Assembly (NCBI GenBank): GCA_963783385.1
Contig: CAWANJ010000009.1
Span: 608,001-672,000 of the forward strand
From: an uncultured Gemmatimonadales bacterium
GTDB taxonomy: Bacteria; Gemmatimonadota; Gemmatimonadetes; Palauibacterales; Palauibacteraceae
DNA: 64,000 bases
Reading direction: 5' to 3'
In this document: positions 10,309 through 19,810 of the stretch, piece by piece
Position numbering within the stretch: the stretch's first letter is position 1
Layout of the letters: each line of letters opens with the position of its first letter
Notes under the pieces: model-generated
The model's input: only the letters and a program-made list of their open reading frames with translations
Told to the model about the DNA's origin: nothing
The model's database searches: none
Position numbers and translations under genes: made by a program

Positions 10309-11007
10309 TCAGGATCCGTCCCAGCTGAGGGCCCGCTTGACCTCCCCGATGGCGCGCGTCACCTGGATGCCCACCGGACAGGCCTTGGTGCAGTTGAAGA
10401 TGGTCCGGCAGGCCCACACGCCGTCGCGGCCATCGAGCGCCGCGGCACGCTCCTCGTCGCCCTCGTCCCTGGAATCGAACATGAAGCGGTGGGCCTGTAC
10501 GACCGCCGCCGGCCCGATGAAGCCGCTCCCGGGCCAGAAAGAGGGGCACGACCCGGTGCACGCGCCACACATGATGCACTTGGAGGTGTCGCCGTACCGG
10601 GCCGCCTCCTCGGGCGACTGCAGTCGCTCCCGGTCGGGCTCCGGGCCGTCGTTGATCAGGTACGCCTTGACCTTCTTGAACTGCTCGAAGAAGGGGTCGA
10701 CGTCGACGATGAGGTCCTTGAGCACCGGAAAGCCCATGAGCGGCTCGATCGTGACCTCGTCCCCGACCTCCTGGAGGAGCGTCTTGCACGCCAGGCCGTT
10801 GTTGCCGTTGATCCGCATGGCGTCCGAGCCGCAGATGCCGTGCTGGCAGGAGCGGCGCAGGGCGAGCGTGCCGTCCATGTGCCATTTGATGTGGTTCAGC
10901 CCGTCCAGCACTCGGTCCGTGGGCTCCGCCTCGAACTCGAACGTCTCGTAGTAGGGGTCCTCGCGGACCTCGGGCTGAAAGCGCCGGATGGTGAAGGCCA
11001 CGTCCAT
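10309..11007 (-). CDS. sdhB: Succinate dehydrogenase iron-sulfur subunit
   Basis: SCQHGICGSD, CIMCGACTGSCP, CRTIFNCTKACP. Confidence 0.96.
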   Translation of the reverse strand: MDVAFTIRRFQPEVREDPYYETFEFEAEPTDRVLDGLNHIKWHMDGTLALRRSCQHGICGSDAMRINGNNGLACKTLLQEVGDEVTIEPLMGFPVLKDLIVDVDPFFEQFKKVKAYLINDGPEPDRERLQSPEEAARYGDTSKCIMCGACTGSCPSFWPGSGFIGPAAVVQAHRFMFDSRDEGDEERAAALDGRDGVWACRTIFNCTKACPVGIQVTRAIGEVKRALSWDGS

Positions 11008-11009
11008 CG

Positions 11010-12752
11010 TCAGTAGACCCGCTCCTTCGGCTGGAATCTGGTGATCGTCACCGGCTTGTAGGCGATATCGATCTTCCCGTCCCGCCGGTATGCGAAGCTG
11101 TGCTTGAGCCAGTTCTCGTCATCACGCTTCGGGAAGTCCTCCCGGGAGTGGGCACCCCGGCTCTCGGTCCGGTTGAGGGCGCACTCCGTGATGACCTGGG
11201 CCAGCTCGACCATGCCACGCGTCTCCCACGCCTCGGTGAGGTCGAGGTTGTACTCGTGACCCTTGTCGTCGATCGAGATGTGCTCCACGCGCTCGTGCAG
11301 TTCGGCCAGCTTTTCCCGGGCCTCCTCCAGCAGCTCGCCGGTCCGGAAGACCGACACGTTCTGCATCATCAGGTGCTGCATCTCGGCCCTGATGTCCGCC
11401 GCGCGCTCGCCGCTGTCGCGATTGCGCAGTCGCTCGAGGCGTTCGTGCGCCGGACCCGTCGGCTCTTCGGCGATCGGCTCGAGGTCGGCCCTCGTGCAAT
11501 AGGCGGCCATGTGGTCCCCCGCTCTCCGACCGAACACGACCAGGTCCAGGAGGCTGTTCGTGCCCAGGCGGTTGGCCCCGTGGACGGACACGCACGCAGC
11601 CTCTCCGGCGGCGTACAGCCCGCGCACGACCGTCCCGCTCTCGTCCGCCAGCACCTGGCCGTCGACGTTCGTCGGGATGCCACCCATGGCGTAGTGGGCC
11701 GTGGGCTGGACCGGTATGGACGTGTCCACCGGATCGATGCCCAGGTAGGTCCGGCAGAAGTCGGCGATCTCGGTGAGCTTCTTCTCGATGACTTCCCGGC
11801 CCAGGTGGGTGGCGTCCAGGTGCACGTAGCGCTTGCCGTCGATCCCCTTCCCGGCCCGGATCTCCTTGTAGATGGCACGGGAGACCACGTCACGGCTGGC
11901 CAGGTCCTTCATGTTGGGGGCGTAGCGCTCCATGAAGCGCTCGCCCTCGGAGTTCCGCAGCACGCCACCCTCGCCCCGGACGCCCTCGGTGATGAGGATC
12001 CCCATCCGGTAGATGCCGGTCGGGTGGAACTGGTAGAACTCCAGGTCCTCCAGCGGGAGCCCCTTGCGAGCCACCAGCGCGAGACCGTCGCCGGTCAGGG
12101 TGACCGCGTTGCTGGTGATCTCCCACACCCGGCCGTGCCCGCCCGTGGCCAGGAGAACCGCCTTGGCGCGGAACACGTGCAGGTCGCCCGTGGCCAGCTC
12201 CAGTGCCACCAGGCCACGGCAGGCCCCGTCCTCGATGAGGAGGTCCACCACGTGGTACTCGTTGAAGAACTGGACGTCGTGACGCACGCACTGCTGGTAG
12301 AGCGTCTGCAGGATGGCGTGACCGGTCCGGGAGGCGGCGTAGCAGGAGCGCCGAACGGCCTCTTCTCCGAAGCGCTTGGTGTGCCCCCCGAAGCGGCGCT
12401 GGGCGATGCGACCCTCCGGCGTGCGGCTGAACGGGAGCCCCATGTGCTCGAGCTCGTACACCACGTCGGGTGCGTCCTTGCACATCACCTCGATCGCGTC
12501 CTGGTCGCCCAGGTAGTCGCTGCCCTTCACCGTGTCGTAGGTGTGCCATTCGGGACGGTCGCCGTCGGCGTCCATGTTCCCCAGGGACGCCCCGATGCCC
12601 CCCTGCGCCGCGCCCGTGTGCGAGCGGGTGGGATACAGCTTGCTCACCACCGCCGTGCGCACCCCCGGGTGCCGCCCCAGGTACAGCGAGGCCATCAGGC
12701 CCGCCCCGCCCGCTCCGACCACCAGCGCGTCGTATGTATGGACTCTAGGCAT
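11010..12752 (-). CDS. sdhA: Succinate dehydrogenase flavoprotein subunit
   Basis: [16 protein letters not shown] (FAD-His), QFHPT, HYAMGG, HGANRLG, ESRGAH. Confidence 0.97.
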   Translation of the reverse strand: MPRVHTYDALVVGAGGAGLMASLYLGRHPGVRTAVVSKLYPTRSHTGAAQGGIGASLGNMDADGDRPEWHTYDTVKGSDYLGDQDAIEVMCKDAPDVVYELEHMGLPFSRTPEGRIAQRRFGGHTKRFGEEAVRRSCYAASRTGHAILQTLYQQCVRHDVQFFNEYHVVDLLIEDGACRGLVALELATGDLHVFRAKAVLLATGGHGRVWEITSNAVTLTGDGLALVARKGLPLEDLEFYQFHPTGIYRMGILITEGVRGEGGVLRNSEGERFMERYAPNMKDLASRDVVSRAIYKEIRAGKGIDGKRYVHLDATHLGREVIEKKLTEIADFCRTYLGIDPVDTSIPVQPTAHYAMGGIPTNVDGQVLADESGTVVRGLYAAGEAACVSVHGANRLGTNSLLDLVVFGRRAGDHMAAYCTRADLEPIAEEPTGPAHERLERLRNRDSGERAADIRAEMQHLMMQNVSVFRTGELLEEAREKLAELHERVEHISIDDKGHEYNLDLTEAWETRGMVELAQVITECALNRTESRGAHSREDFPKRDDENWLKHSFAYRRDGKIDIAYKPVTITRFQPKERVY

Positions 12753-12782
12753 CGCCTCGTCCGTCCGGCTCCCGGGCCACGC

Positions 12783-13175
12783 TCAGGCCGGGACGTGGAA
12801 AGTGAAGATGATCCAGGCGCCCGCGCTCAGCAGCACGAAGGCGAGCACGTAGGCCACGCTTTTCACGGCTAGCAGCGTCCCGGGCCTGCGCAGATAATCC
12901 TCGAGCACCATGCGCAGGCCGTTCACGCCGTGGACGAGCGCGAAGCCCAGGAGCGCGAAATCGTACATCCGCCACAGTGGGCTGGACCAGCGGCTCACGA
13001 CGGTCTCGAAGTTCAGGTTGTCCACCCCGATGACGTAGTGCATCCACAGAAGGTGGAACACCGCCAGGAAGAGGAGCACGACCCCGGACACTCGCATGAA
13101 CAGCCACGCCCACGCCTCTATGCCCCCCGAGCCCGGCCTCGCGTGACCGCCTCCGCGCCTGTGCTCGCTCGCCAT
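12783..13175 (-). CDS. sdhD: Succinate dehydrogenase membrane anchor subunit
   Basis: WLFMRVSG, HGVNGLR, three TM segments, operon position. Confidence 0.88.
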   Translation of the reverse strand: MASEHRRGGGHARPGSGGIEAWAWLFMRVSGVVLLFLAVFHLLWMHYVIGVDNLNFETVVSRWSSPLWRMYDFALLGFALVHGVNGLRMVLEDYLRRPGTLLAVKSVAYVLAFVLLSAGAWIIFTFHVPA

Positions 13176-13176
13176 G

Positions 13177-13587
13177 TCAGCCTCCGAACAGCGGTGCGAG
13201 GAGGGCCCACGCCGCGGGCACGAAGATCACGAACAGCACCACGAGCTCGATGACCACCAGCTTGTGCTCGGCGAGCATCACCCGCGGGGCGAAGTCCTGG
13301 ACGATGATCCTCAGGCCATTGATGGCGTGGAACAGGACGCCGAACACCAGGAACACGTCCATGACGTGGGCCCAGGGCGCGCTGTAGAAGCCCAGGAGGC
13401 TGTCGAAGACGTCCTTTCCGAAGCCGAGCAGGAAGATGTCGACGATGTGGAGGGCCAGGAAGAGGAGGATGCCCAGGCCGGCGATCCGGTGGAGGGCCCA
13501 CATCAGCATCCCGAGTCCGCCCCGGTAGGTGACCCACGCCTTCGGGCCCGTGAAGGTGGGTCGCTCTGTCGCCGCTCCGTCGCTCAT
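13177..13587 (-). CDS. sdhC: Succinate dehydrogenase cytochrome b subunit
   Basis: WALHRIAG, FHAINGLR. Confidence 0.9.
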   Translation of the reverse strand: MSDGAATERPTFTGPKAWVTYRGGLGMLMWALHRIAGLGILLFLALHIVDIFLLGFGKDVFDSLLGFYSAPWAHVMDVFLVFGVLFHAINGLRIIVQDFAPRVMLAEHKLVVIELVVLFVIFVPAAWALLAPLFGG

Positions 13588-13635
13588 CGGGCCATCCTCA
13601 TCCCTGCTTCGCTGTAGCCTCCAAGGACCCTCGCC

Positions 13636-14562
13636 TCACGACCGGATGGATTCCATCGTCTCCAGGACGTCCGCGGCCGACCGTTCGAGCGCCGCCTGCT
13701 CCTCGTCGGTGAGGTCGACCTCGAGAATCGCTTCCACGCCGCCGCGGCCGAGCTTGCAGGGGACGCCGACGAACAGACCCTCGAGCCCGTACTCGCCCTC
13801 GAGCCAGGCGGCGCAGGGCAGGATGCGCTTCTGGTCGCGCACGATCGCCTCGCACATCTGCGCCACCGCCGCCGAGGGGGCGTAGTAGGCGCTTCCCTCC
13901 TTGAGGAGACCGACGATCTCCCCGCCGCCCTTGCGGGTGCGCTGCACCAGGGCCTCGATCCGTTCCCGGCTGAGCAGCTGAGTGAGGGGCACGCCGCCCA
14001 CCGTGACCGTGCTGACGATGGGCACCATGCTGTCGCCGTGCCCGCCCAGCACGAGCGCCTGGATGTCGCGGACGCTGACGTCGAGCTCGAGCGAGATGAA
14101 GCTGCGGAAGCGGGCCGTGTCGAGGACGCCGGCCATGCCGACGACCCGCTCGCGCGGGAAGCCCGTGACCTGACGCGCCACGAAGGCCATGACGTCCAGG
14201 GGATTGGTGACCATGATGATGATCGCGCCCGGACTCCGGTCGCGGATCTCCCCGGCGATCCCGGAGACGACCGCCGCGTTCTTGGCCACCAGGTCATCGC
14301 GGCTCATGCCCGGCTTGCGGGCGAACCCGGCCGTGACGACCACGATGCCCGAGCCGGACGTGTCCTCGTAGCTCTGGGCCCCGGTGAGCCGGGTGTCGAA
14401 GCCACGAACGGGCGCCGACTCCCACTGGTCGAGGCCGATGCCCTGCGGTAGTCCCTCCTTGATGTCCACCAGAACGACTTCCCGGGCGAGCTCGGCTTCC
14501 GCGATACGCATCGCGGACGTCGCGCCCACGTGCCCCGCGCCGACGACCGTGATCTTATCCAC
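13636..14562 (-). CDS. mdh: Malate dehydrogenase (LDH-like)
   Basis: GAGHVG, RKPGMSRDDL, VTNPLD, LDTARF, GGHGD, SAYYAP; start GTG 14562. Confidence 0.96.
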   Translation of the reverse strand: MDKITVVGAGHVGATSAMRIAEAELAREVVLVDIKEGLPQGIGLDQWESAPVRGFDTRLTGAQSYEDTSGSGIVVVTAGFARKPGMSRDDLVAKNAAVVSGIAGEIRDRSPGAIIIMVTNPLDVMAFVARQVTGFPRERVVGMAGVLDTARFRSFISLELDVSVRDIQALVLGGHGDSMVPIVSTVTVGGVPLTQLLSRERIEALVQRTRKGGGEIVGLLKEGSAYYAPSAAVAQMCEAIVRDQKRILPCAAWLEGEYGLEGLFVGVPCKLGRGGVEAILEVDLTDEEQAALERSAADVLETMESIRS

Positions 14563-14682
14563 CGTGTCCCTCTTCTCTCTATGCGATGGTCGCCCTCGCG
14601 ACCTCTTCTTCCGCGTTCGCTGCACGCCCCGCGCGCAGCGGCCGTGCCATGGCGCCCTGCGCCCGCCGCCAGCGGCAGGCGC

Positions 14683-14711
14683 AAGGTACCGGCGCGTTTC
14701 GGAGGTAGCAA
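14683..14711 (-). promoter_or_regulatory. Sigma70-type promoter for mdh-sdh
   Basis: TTGCTA-17 nt-TACCTT. Confidence 0.55.
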
Positions 14712-14744
14712 CCGCGTGCGAGCGCCGGTCTTCGGCCGGAGCCC

Positions 14745-14987
14745 TCAGTTCCGCAGCGGCCCCAGGCCTCCGGCCCTCCGGGCCGCTTCGCCGGCTACCG
14801 CCTCCAGGGCGCGGTCCCAGCGCTCCGGACTCATGCGCTGGATAGCTGCTTCGACCAGCCCCAGCAGATCCAGGGCCTCCTCACGGGTCAGCGCCGCCTC
14901 ACGTCCTCCCCGCTGCAATCGATCCCTGAGGGACTCGACTTCGTCGAGCAGCTCCCGGTACCGCTGTCGTTCCTGGTAGGTCATCAC
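14745..14987 (-). CDS. Small helical hypothetical protein
   Basis: Start overlaps the moaA stop; amphipathic charged sequence (YQERQRYRELLDEVESLRDRL). Confidence 0.7.
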   Translation of the reverse strand: MMTYQERQRYRELLDEVESLRDRLQRGGREAALTREEALDLLGLVEAAIQRMSPERWDRALEAVAGEAARRAGGLGPLRN

Positions 14988-15964
14988 CCGCCCACTTCGC
15001 TGAGCGCCGCCAGCCCCCCGCTACCACGGCTCGTTCCGAGCTGCAGGTAATGGCGTTCCGGCTTGCCGGCCAGGGCCGTCCGGACCGCGTCGGTGACCCG
15101 CCCCGAAGCCCGCAGCGGCGTCTTCAGGTCGACCTCGTGGTCGCCGAACAGGCACGTCCGCAGCCGACCCTCGGCCGTGAGCCGCATGCGGTTGCAGCGG
15201 TCGCAGTAATTGTGCGAGAGCGGCGTGATCACCCCCACCGTTCCCGGTGCGCCCGGGAAGCGGAAGTAACGGGCCGGACCGTTCCCCGGAGGGCCTACGA
15301 CCGGCTCGAGCTCTCCGAGGGCACCCACGCGCTCCAGCATCTCCGAGGCCGGGATGAACCGATCCGTGAGGTGCAGGTTGGCCCCTACCGGCATGAGCTC
15401 GATGAACCGCACGTGCCACGGGCGCTCCCGCGTGGCCGCCGCGAAGCTCGCGAACTCGTCGTCATTGAGGCCCCGCATCATGACCGTGTTGATCTTGATC
15501 GGATCGAACCCCGCCGCCTCAGCGGCCTCGATCCCGGCGAGGGTCGCATCGAAGAACCGCGGCGGTCGGCGCGCGATGGCCTCGAAGCGGTCACGGCGAA
15601 GAGTGTCCAGGCTGATGTTCACCCGGCGGACCCCCGCCCCGCGGAGCTCCCCGGCGAACCGTGGCAGCAGGACGGCGTTGGTGGACAGCGCCAGGTCCTC
15701 GATCCCCGGCACGTCCGAGAGCATGCGTGCCAGGCGAGGCAGGTCGGTCCGGATGAGCGGCTCGCCCCCGGTGAGCCGGATCCGGGAGAGTCCCATGCCG
15801 GCCATCTGGCGGACGATCTCGGTGATCTCCTCGTAGGTGAGGAGCTCGGCCCGCGGAACCCACTCGAGGCCCTCCACAGGCATGCAGTACGTGCAGCGGA
15901 GGTTGCACTTGTCGGTGACGGAGATGCGGAGGTAGTCGATGCGACGGCCGAACTGGTCCTTCAT
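14984..15964 (-). CDS. moaA: GTP 3',8-cyclase (radical SAM)
   Basis: YLRISVTDKCNLRCTYC, CDRCNRMRL..C, C-terminal GG; ATG 15964. Confidence 0.96.
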   Translation of the reverse strand: MKDQFGRRIDYLRISVTDKCNLRCTYCMPVEGLEWVPRAELLTYEEITEIVRQMAGMGLSRIRLTGGEPLIRTDLPRLARMLSDVPGIEDLALSTNAVLLPRFAGELRGAGVRRVNISLDTLRRDRFEAIARRPPRFFDATLAGIEAAEAAGFDPIKINTVMMRGLNDDEFASFAAATRERPWHVRFIELMPVGANLHLTDRFIPASEMLERVGALGELEPVVGPPGNGPARYFRFPGAPGTVGVITPLSHNYCDRCNRMRLTAEGRLRTCLFGDHEVDLKTPLRASGRVTDAVRTALAGKPERHYLQLGTSRGSGGLAALSEVGG

Positions 15965-16425
15965 GGCGCGCTCCCGGTCGGGTGACCATCCAGCCACGCT
16001 TCGGTGCCGTCCGCGTAGGCCTCGCGCTTCCACACCGGCAGCCGACGCTTGATCTCCTCGACGATCCAGCGGCTGCCTCGGTAGGCAGCGTCGCGATGCG
16101 CCGAGGCCACCGCCACCCCCAGGCTGGCCTCGCCGGGTGCCAGGCGGCCGGTGCGGTGGACCGCCGACACGCCGGCCAGGCCGAACGAGCCAGCGGCTTC
16201 CTCGCAGATCGCGGCGAGCTCCTTTCGGGCCATGGGGGCGAACGCCTCGTAGTCGAGCCGCTCTACCCGGCGATCCCGATTGTGATTGCGCACGGTTCCC
16301 AGGAAGAGGAGGACGGCACCCTCGCCGGGACCGGATACGCCCCGGACCAGAGCCGCGGCGTCGATGGGTGTGGCGCTGATCACCGCCTCCACCCGGGGAC
16401 TCGATCCTCCCGACCGCGCCGTCAC
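15961..16425 (-). CDS. moaE: Molybdopterin synthase catalytic subunit
   Basis: FLGTVRNHN, HRTG, SAHR, PVWKRE. Confidence 0.94.
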   Translation of the reverse strand: MTARSGGSSPRVEAVISATPIDAAALVRGVSGPGEGAVLLFLGTVRNHNRDRRVERLDYEAFAPMARKELAAICEEAAGSFGLAGVSAVHRTGRLAPGEASLGVAVASAHRDAAYRGSRWIVEEIKRRLPVWKREAYADGTEAWLDGHPTGSAP

Positions 16426-16429
16426 GGCA

Positions 16430-16693
16430 TCAGCCTCCGGAGACCGGTGGAATGAGCGCGACCTCGTCCCCGTCCTCGAGGATGTGGTCGGAGGCTGCGT
16501 AGGCGAGGCCCACCGCCACGGCGTATCCCTCCGGGAACTCCGGCAGTCGCTCCCGCAGGTGCGCGCAGAGCGCGGCCACCGTGCTTCCGCCGGGGAGCTC
16601 GACCCGACACCGCTCGCCCCCGGCCCGCTCGCGGAGCATCGCGAAGAAACGAACGTCGACGGTGATCGTGTCCCGGGCCGCGATACGGCTCAC
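16430..16693 (-). CDS. moaD: Molybdopterin synthase sulfur carrier
   Basis: FFAMLRE..GDEVALIPPVSGG. Confidence 0.94.
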   Translation of the reverse strand: MSRIAARDTITVDVRFFAMLRERAGGERCRVELPGGSTVAALCAHLRERLPEFPEGYAVAVGLAYAASDHILEDGDEVALIPPVSGG

Positions 16694-16992
16694 TCCCCGG
16701 CTCCGCTCCCGGCTGCCGCCCGCGCCCGATCCACGGAGCGGATCGCGCTCACGAACCGGGCGGCCACCGCGTCCTCACGCAGCGTCGAAGCCCGCACGCG
16801 CGTGGGGGCCTCGCCCCGTGGATCGGGGAAGGCCGCCACCGTGATCCGACTCCGGAAGGTGTTGAAGGTGATGTGGCTGTCGCTCTCGCTCTCGATGGAG
16901 GCCGGACAGATCGGATGCCGACCGGTGAAGAACTCGCGTGCCTCGGTCAGAACCTCGGCCGGAGAGAGCTTAGTGATCGTCTCGTGCGTCAT
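16690..16992 (-). CDS. Hypothetical protein heading the moa operon
   Basis: GGAGG SD before ATG, stop overlaps the moaD start, globular composition. Confidence 0.75.
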   Translation of the reverse strand: MTHETITKLSPAEVLTEAREFFTGRHPICPASIESESDSHITFNTFRSRITVAAFPDPRGEAPTRVRASTLREDAVAARFVSAIRSVDRARAAAGSGAGE

Positions 16993-17008
16993 CCGCCTCC
17001 ACCCTAGC

Positions 17009-17038
17009 TTGACGCCCCGCGCGCGCAGTCCGTAGGAT
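17009..17038 (+). promoter_or_regulatory. Sigma70-type promoter for the aminotransferase
   Basis: TTGACG-18 nt-TAGGAT. Confidence 0.6.
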
Positions 17039-17093
17039 CGGGCCGGCGAGGACGGTACCCGGGCGTCCTCCCGACGGGGCCGACTCTCCGATC

Positions 17094-17122
17094 AAGGTAG
17101 CGCGCGCTCCGCCGGCCTTCAA
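17094..17122 (-). promoter_or_regulatory. Sigma70-type promoter for the hyp-moaDEA operon
   Basis: TTGAAG-17 nt-TACCTT on the minus strand. Confidence 0.55.
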
Positions 17123-17146
17123 TCCGACCAGACCTGTGGAGCCACG

Positions 17147-18322
17147 GTGAGATTCTCCCGAAACGTCGCTTCGCTCGAGCCCTCCGCAACCCTGGCCCTG
17201 GCCGCCCGTGCCCGGCGCCTGCGCGAGGAGGGTCGCTCGATCGTCAACCTGTCGGCCGGTGAGCCGGTATACGGCACGCCCGACTTCGCGGCGCAGGCCG
17301 GGATCGAGGCGATCCGGGCCGGGAAGATGGGTTACCCTCCTACCCAGGGGATCCCCGAGCTTCGCAGGGCGATCGTCGACTACCTGGGGGACACGACCGG
17401 CTCGGCCGGGCTGGATCCCGACGGCGTCCTGGTGAGCGCGGGTGTGAAGCAGGCCCTGTTCAACTGCCTCTTCTGCCTGGCCGGCCCCGGGGACGAGGTC
17501 CTCGTTCCGACGCCGTGCTGGACCAGCTACCGTCCGCAGGTCAGGCTGGGCGGAGCCGAGCCGGTGCTGGTGGAGTCCACCTGGGAGGACGGATTCCACC
17601 TGGACGTCGATCGGCTCGAGGCGGCCCGGACCGACGCCACGCGGGTCCTCCTCCTCAACAGCCCCAACAATCCATCCGGCGCGGTCTACGACCTGGACTC
17701 GCTGAGGGCGATCGCCGAGTGGGCCGGCGGTCACGGCGTGTGGATCCTCTCCGACGAGATCTACCGGAGGCTCCGCTTCGGAGAGGGGCCCGCCCCTTCC
17801 CTCCTCGACCTGGGGGAGCTGCCGGACCACGCGGTCGTGCTCGACGGCGTCTCCAAGGCTTTCGCCATGACGGGCTGGCGAATCGGGTTCGCCCTGGGCC
17901 CCCGCGATCTCATTGGCAAGGCTTCCGATCTCCAGAGCCAGACGACCTCGGGTGCGGCCGCTCCATCCCAGTACGCGGCCGCCGCGGCTTTCGGGCAGAT
18001 CGAGGAGCGGGAAGCCGTGGTCGCGGACTTTCTCGACCGCCTCGGCGAGACCCGCAGGCTGGCGACCGAAGGACTGGCGGGAACGCCCGGTCTGGAGGTC
18101 CGCCCACCGCAGGGCGGCATCTTCCTGTGGGCCCGCACCACGGGGGATGCCAGCTCCGCGGAGCTGGCCGAAGGCCTGCTCGAGGCGGGCGTGGCCTGCA
18201 TCCCGGGAGAGGCGTTCGAGAGCCCCGGTCACCTGCGATTCAACCTGGCCGTCGAACCGTCCGACCTGGAGGAAGGGGTGCGGCGCGTGCGGGAGTACTT
18301 CGAGTCGCGAGCGAGAGCATGA
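17147..18322 (+). CDS. Class I PLP-dependent aminotransferase (aspartate aminotransferase-like)
   Basis: NSPNNPSG, SDEIY, SKAFAMTGWRIG. Confidence 0.93.
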   Translation: MRFSRNVASLEPSATLALAARARRLREEGRSIVNLSAGEPVYGTPDFAAQAGIEAIRAGKMGYPPTQGIPELRRAIVDYLGDTTGSAGLDPDGVLVSAGVKQALFNCLFCLAGPGDEVLVPTPCWTSYRPQVRLGGAEPVLVESTWEDGFHLDVDRLEAARTDATRVLLLNSPNNPSGAVYDLDSLRAIAEWAGGHGVWILSDEIYRRLRFGEGPAPSLLDLGELPDHAVVLDGVSKAFAMTGWRIGFALGPRDLIGKASDLQSQTTSGAAAPSQYAAAAAFGQIEEREAVVADFLDRLGETRRLATEGLAGTPGLEVRPPQGGIFLWARTTGDASSAELAEGLLEAGVACIPGEAFESPGHLRFNLAVEPSDLEEGVRRVREYFESRARA

Positions 18323-18395
18323 GGACGCGCCCCACCGCGGCCCCGAAGGGTCGCGGCGGGGCGCACCGCACAGGAAGGAAGAGGGGCCGCCGGCC

Positions 18396-18701
18396 TCAGC
18401 TAACGGGCGGGTAATCGGCCTCCTCGGCCACGTACTCCTTCCACAGCTTCGAGGGCCGGAACACCGGCACCGCACGCGGCGGGACCCGCACCGGGTCGCC
18501 GGTGCGCGGGTTGCGCGCCATGCGGGCCTTTCGGTGCCGGACCTCGAAGGTGCCGAATCCGCGCAGCTCGATCCGCTCCTCGTTGGCCAGCGCGTTCCGC
18601 ACCGCGTTCAGGAAACCGTCCACCACGGCCGCACAGTCCTTCTTGGTGATGCCCGGCCCGATGGCTTCGTACACCTGGTCGACCAGATCCGCCTTCGTCA
18701 T
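18396..18701 (-). CDS. HU/IHF-family DNA-binding protein
   Basis: MTKADLV..IELRGFGTF..RNPRTG; ATG 18701. Confidence 0.94.
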   Translation of the reverse strand: MTKADLVDQVYEAIGPGITKKDCAAVVDGFLNAVRNALANEERIELRGFGTFEVRHRKARMARNPRTGDPVRVPPRAVPVFRPSKLWKEYVAEEADYPPVS

Positions 18702-18822
18702 GTGACCCTTCCCGTGCAATGCGAGCCCGGCCGCCCGCGCGATCGCGAGCGCCCTGTCCCGACAAGAGATACCCGGAGGGTAGAGCCTGGATCCCTCCGG
18801 CCCCACGACGACCGGAAGGCCG

Positions 18823-19740
18823 TCAACGCCACTGGTAGAGAAGCCGCGGGGCCCCTCCGCCGCCGAAGCCGGCCCAGCCGGTCCAAGATGCCAGCCAACC
18901 TTCGAGCCGCGTCTGACTAACGCCCCTCAGGAGATCGAGGATCCCGACCCGCCGTTCCGTCGGACGGACCGTCGGGGGATGGTCGCCCAGTCCCGTGGCG
19001 CGCCCGGCGCGCGCCAGGACCTCGGAGAAGGTGGCGAGGCCGTCGACCAGCCCGAGGTCGCGGGCCCGCACCCCAGAGAATATGCGGCCGTCGGCGAGCG
19101 CCTTCACGGTGTCCCGCGCCAGGTGCCGGTTGCTGGCGACCGCGTCCACGAACTGGGCGTAGGTGTCGTCCACCACCTGCTGGAGGATGGCCCGGTCGGA
19201 ATCGGTGAGCTTGCGCGCCGGGCTTCCCATGTCCTTGTGCTCGCCGCTCTTGATCACCTCCAGCCGGACGCCCGCCTTGTCCATGAGTCGGTCGAACTCC
19301 GGGAACTCCATGATGACGCCGATGGACCCGGTGATCGAGCCAGGCAGGGCGAAGATGCTGTCCGCTCCGAGGGCGGCGTAGTACGCGCCCGAGGCGCCCA
19401 CGTCCCCGATCCACGCGTAGATGGGTCGGTCGTCGTCGTGCCGCAGGCTGTCGAGCTCACGATACAGGCTCTGCGACCCGCCCACGCTGCCACCCGGCGA
19501 GCGGATCTCGAGCACGAACGCTCGCACCGAACCGTCGTCGCGGAACCTCTCGAGCGCGTGGATGGCGCCCTGGCCCGTGCCGATCACGCCGTTCAAAGGC
19601 ACCACCGCGATGCGCCCTCCCCCGCCGAAGACCGGCACCGAGCGTCCGAGGAGCAAGGCGGCGGCCACCACGGCGCCTACGGCGAAGACGACGAGGACGA
19701 GACCCACGGCGAGGAACGAGGTGCGACTGCGTGCCGGCAT
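18823..19740 (-). CDS. sppA: Signal peptide peptidase (36 kDa type)
   Basis: SPGG, ASGAYY, TGSIGV, KSGEHKD, DGRIF. Confidence 0.94.
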   Translation of the reverse strand: MPARSRTSFLAVGLVLVVFAVGAVVAAALLLGRSVPVFGGGGRIAVVPLNGVIGTGQGAIHALERFRDDGSVRAFVLEIRSPGGSVGGSQSLYRELDSLRHDDDRPIYAWIGDVGASGAYYAALGADSIFALPGSITGSIGVIMEFPEFDRLMDKAGVRLEVIKSGEHKDMGSPARKLTDSDRAILQQVVDDTYAQFVDAVASNRHLARDTVKALADGRIFSGVRARDLGLVDGLATFSEVLARAGRATGLGDHPPTVRPTERRVGILDLLRGVSQTRLEGWLASWTGWAGFGGGGAPRLLYQWR

Positions 19741-19780
19741 GGCGTCCTTCCGGGGAGGCGAGACCGCTTCACCTGTGGGT

Positions 19781-19810
19781 AAGCTATTCCGCCGACCCGC
19801 GAAGTGTCAA
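19781..19810 (-). promoter_or_regulatory. Sigma70-type promoter for sppA
   Basis: TTGACA-18 nt-TAGCTT. Confidence 0.6.

Noticed and set aside
10800-10850. Asp in place of the third Cys in the SdhB 2Fe-2S motif (CGSD)
   Set aside because: This is a known normal variant, also found in E. coli SdhB.
8498-10885. Apparent long N-terminal extensions or fusions in the ORF track (M28 795 aa; likewise ispD 521 aa, comF 472 aa, DmpA 616 aa, FadL 794 aa)
   Set aside because: The extensions are open frames running through neighbouring genes; better starts with an SD or stop-start overlap lie downstream.
18772-18800. CCGGAGGG/CCCTCCGG hairpin between sppA and HU (similar GC stems at ~54368 and ~41974)
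   Set aside because: There is no U-tract and no repeat family, and such stems are expected at this GC content.
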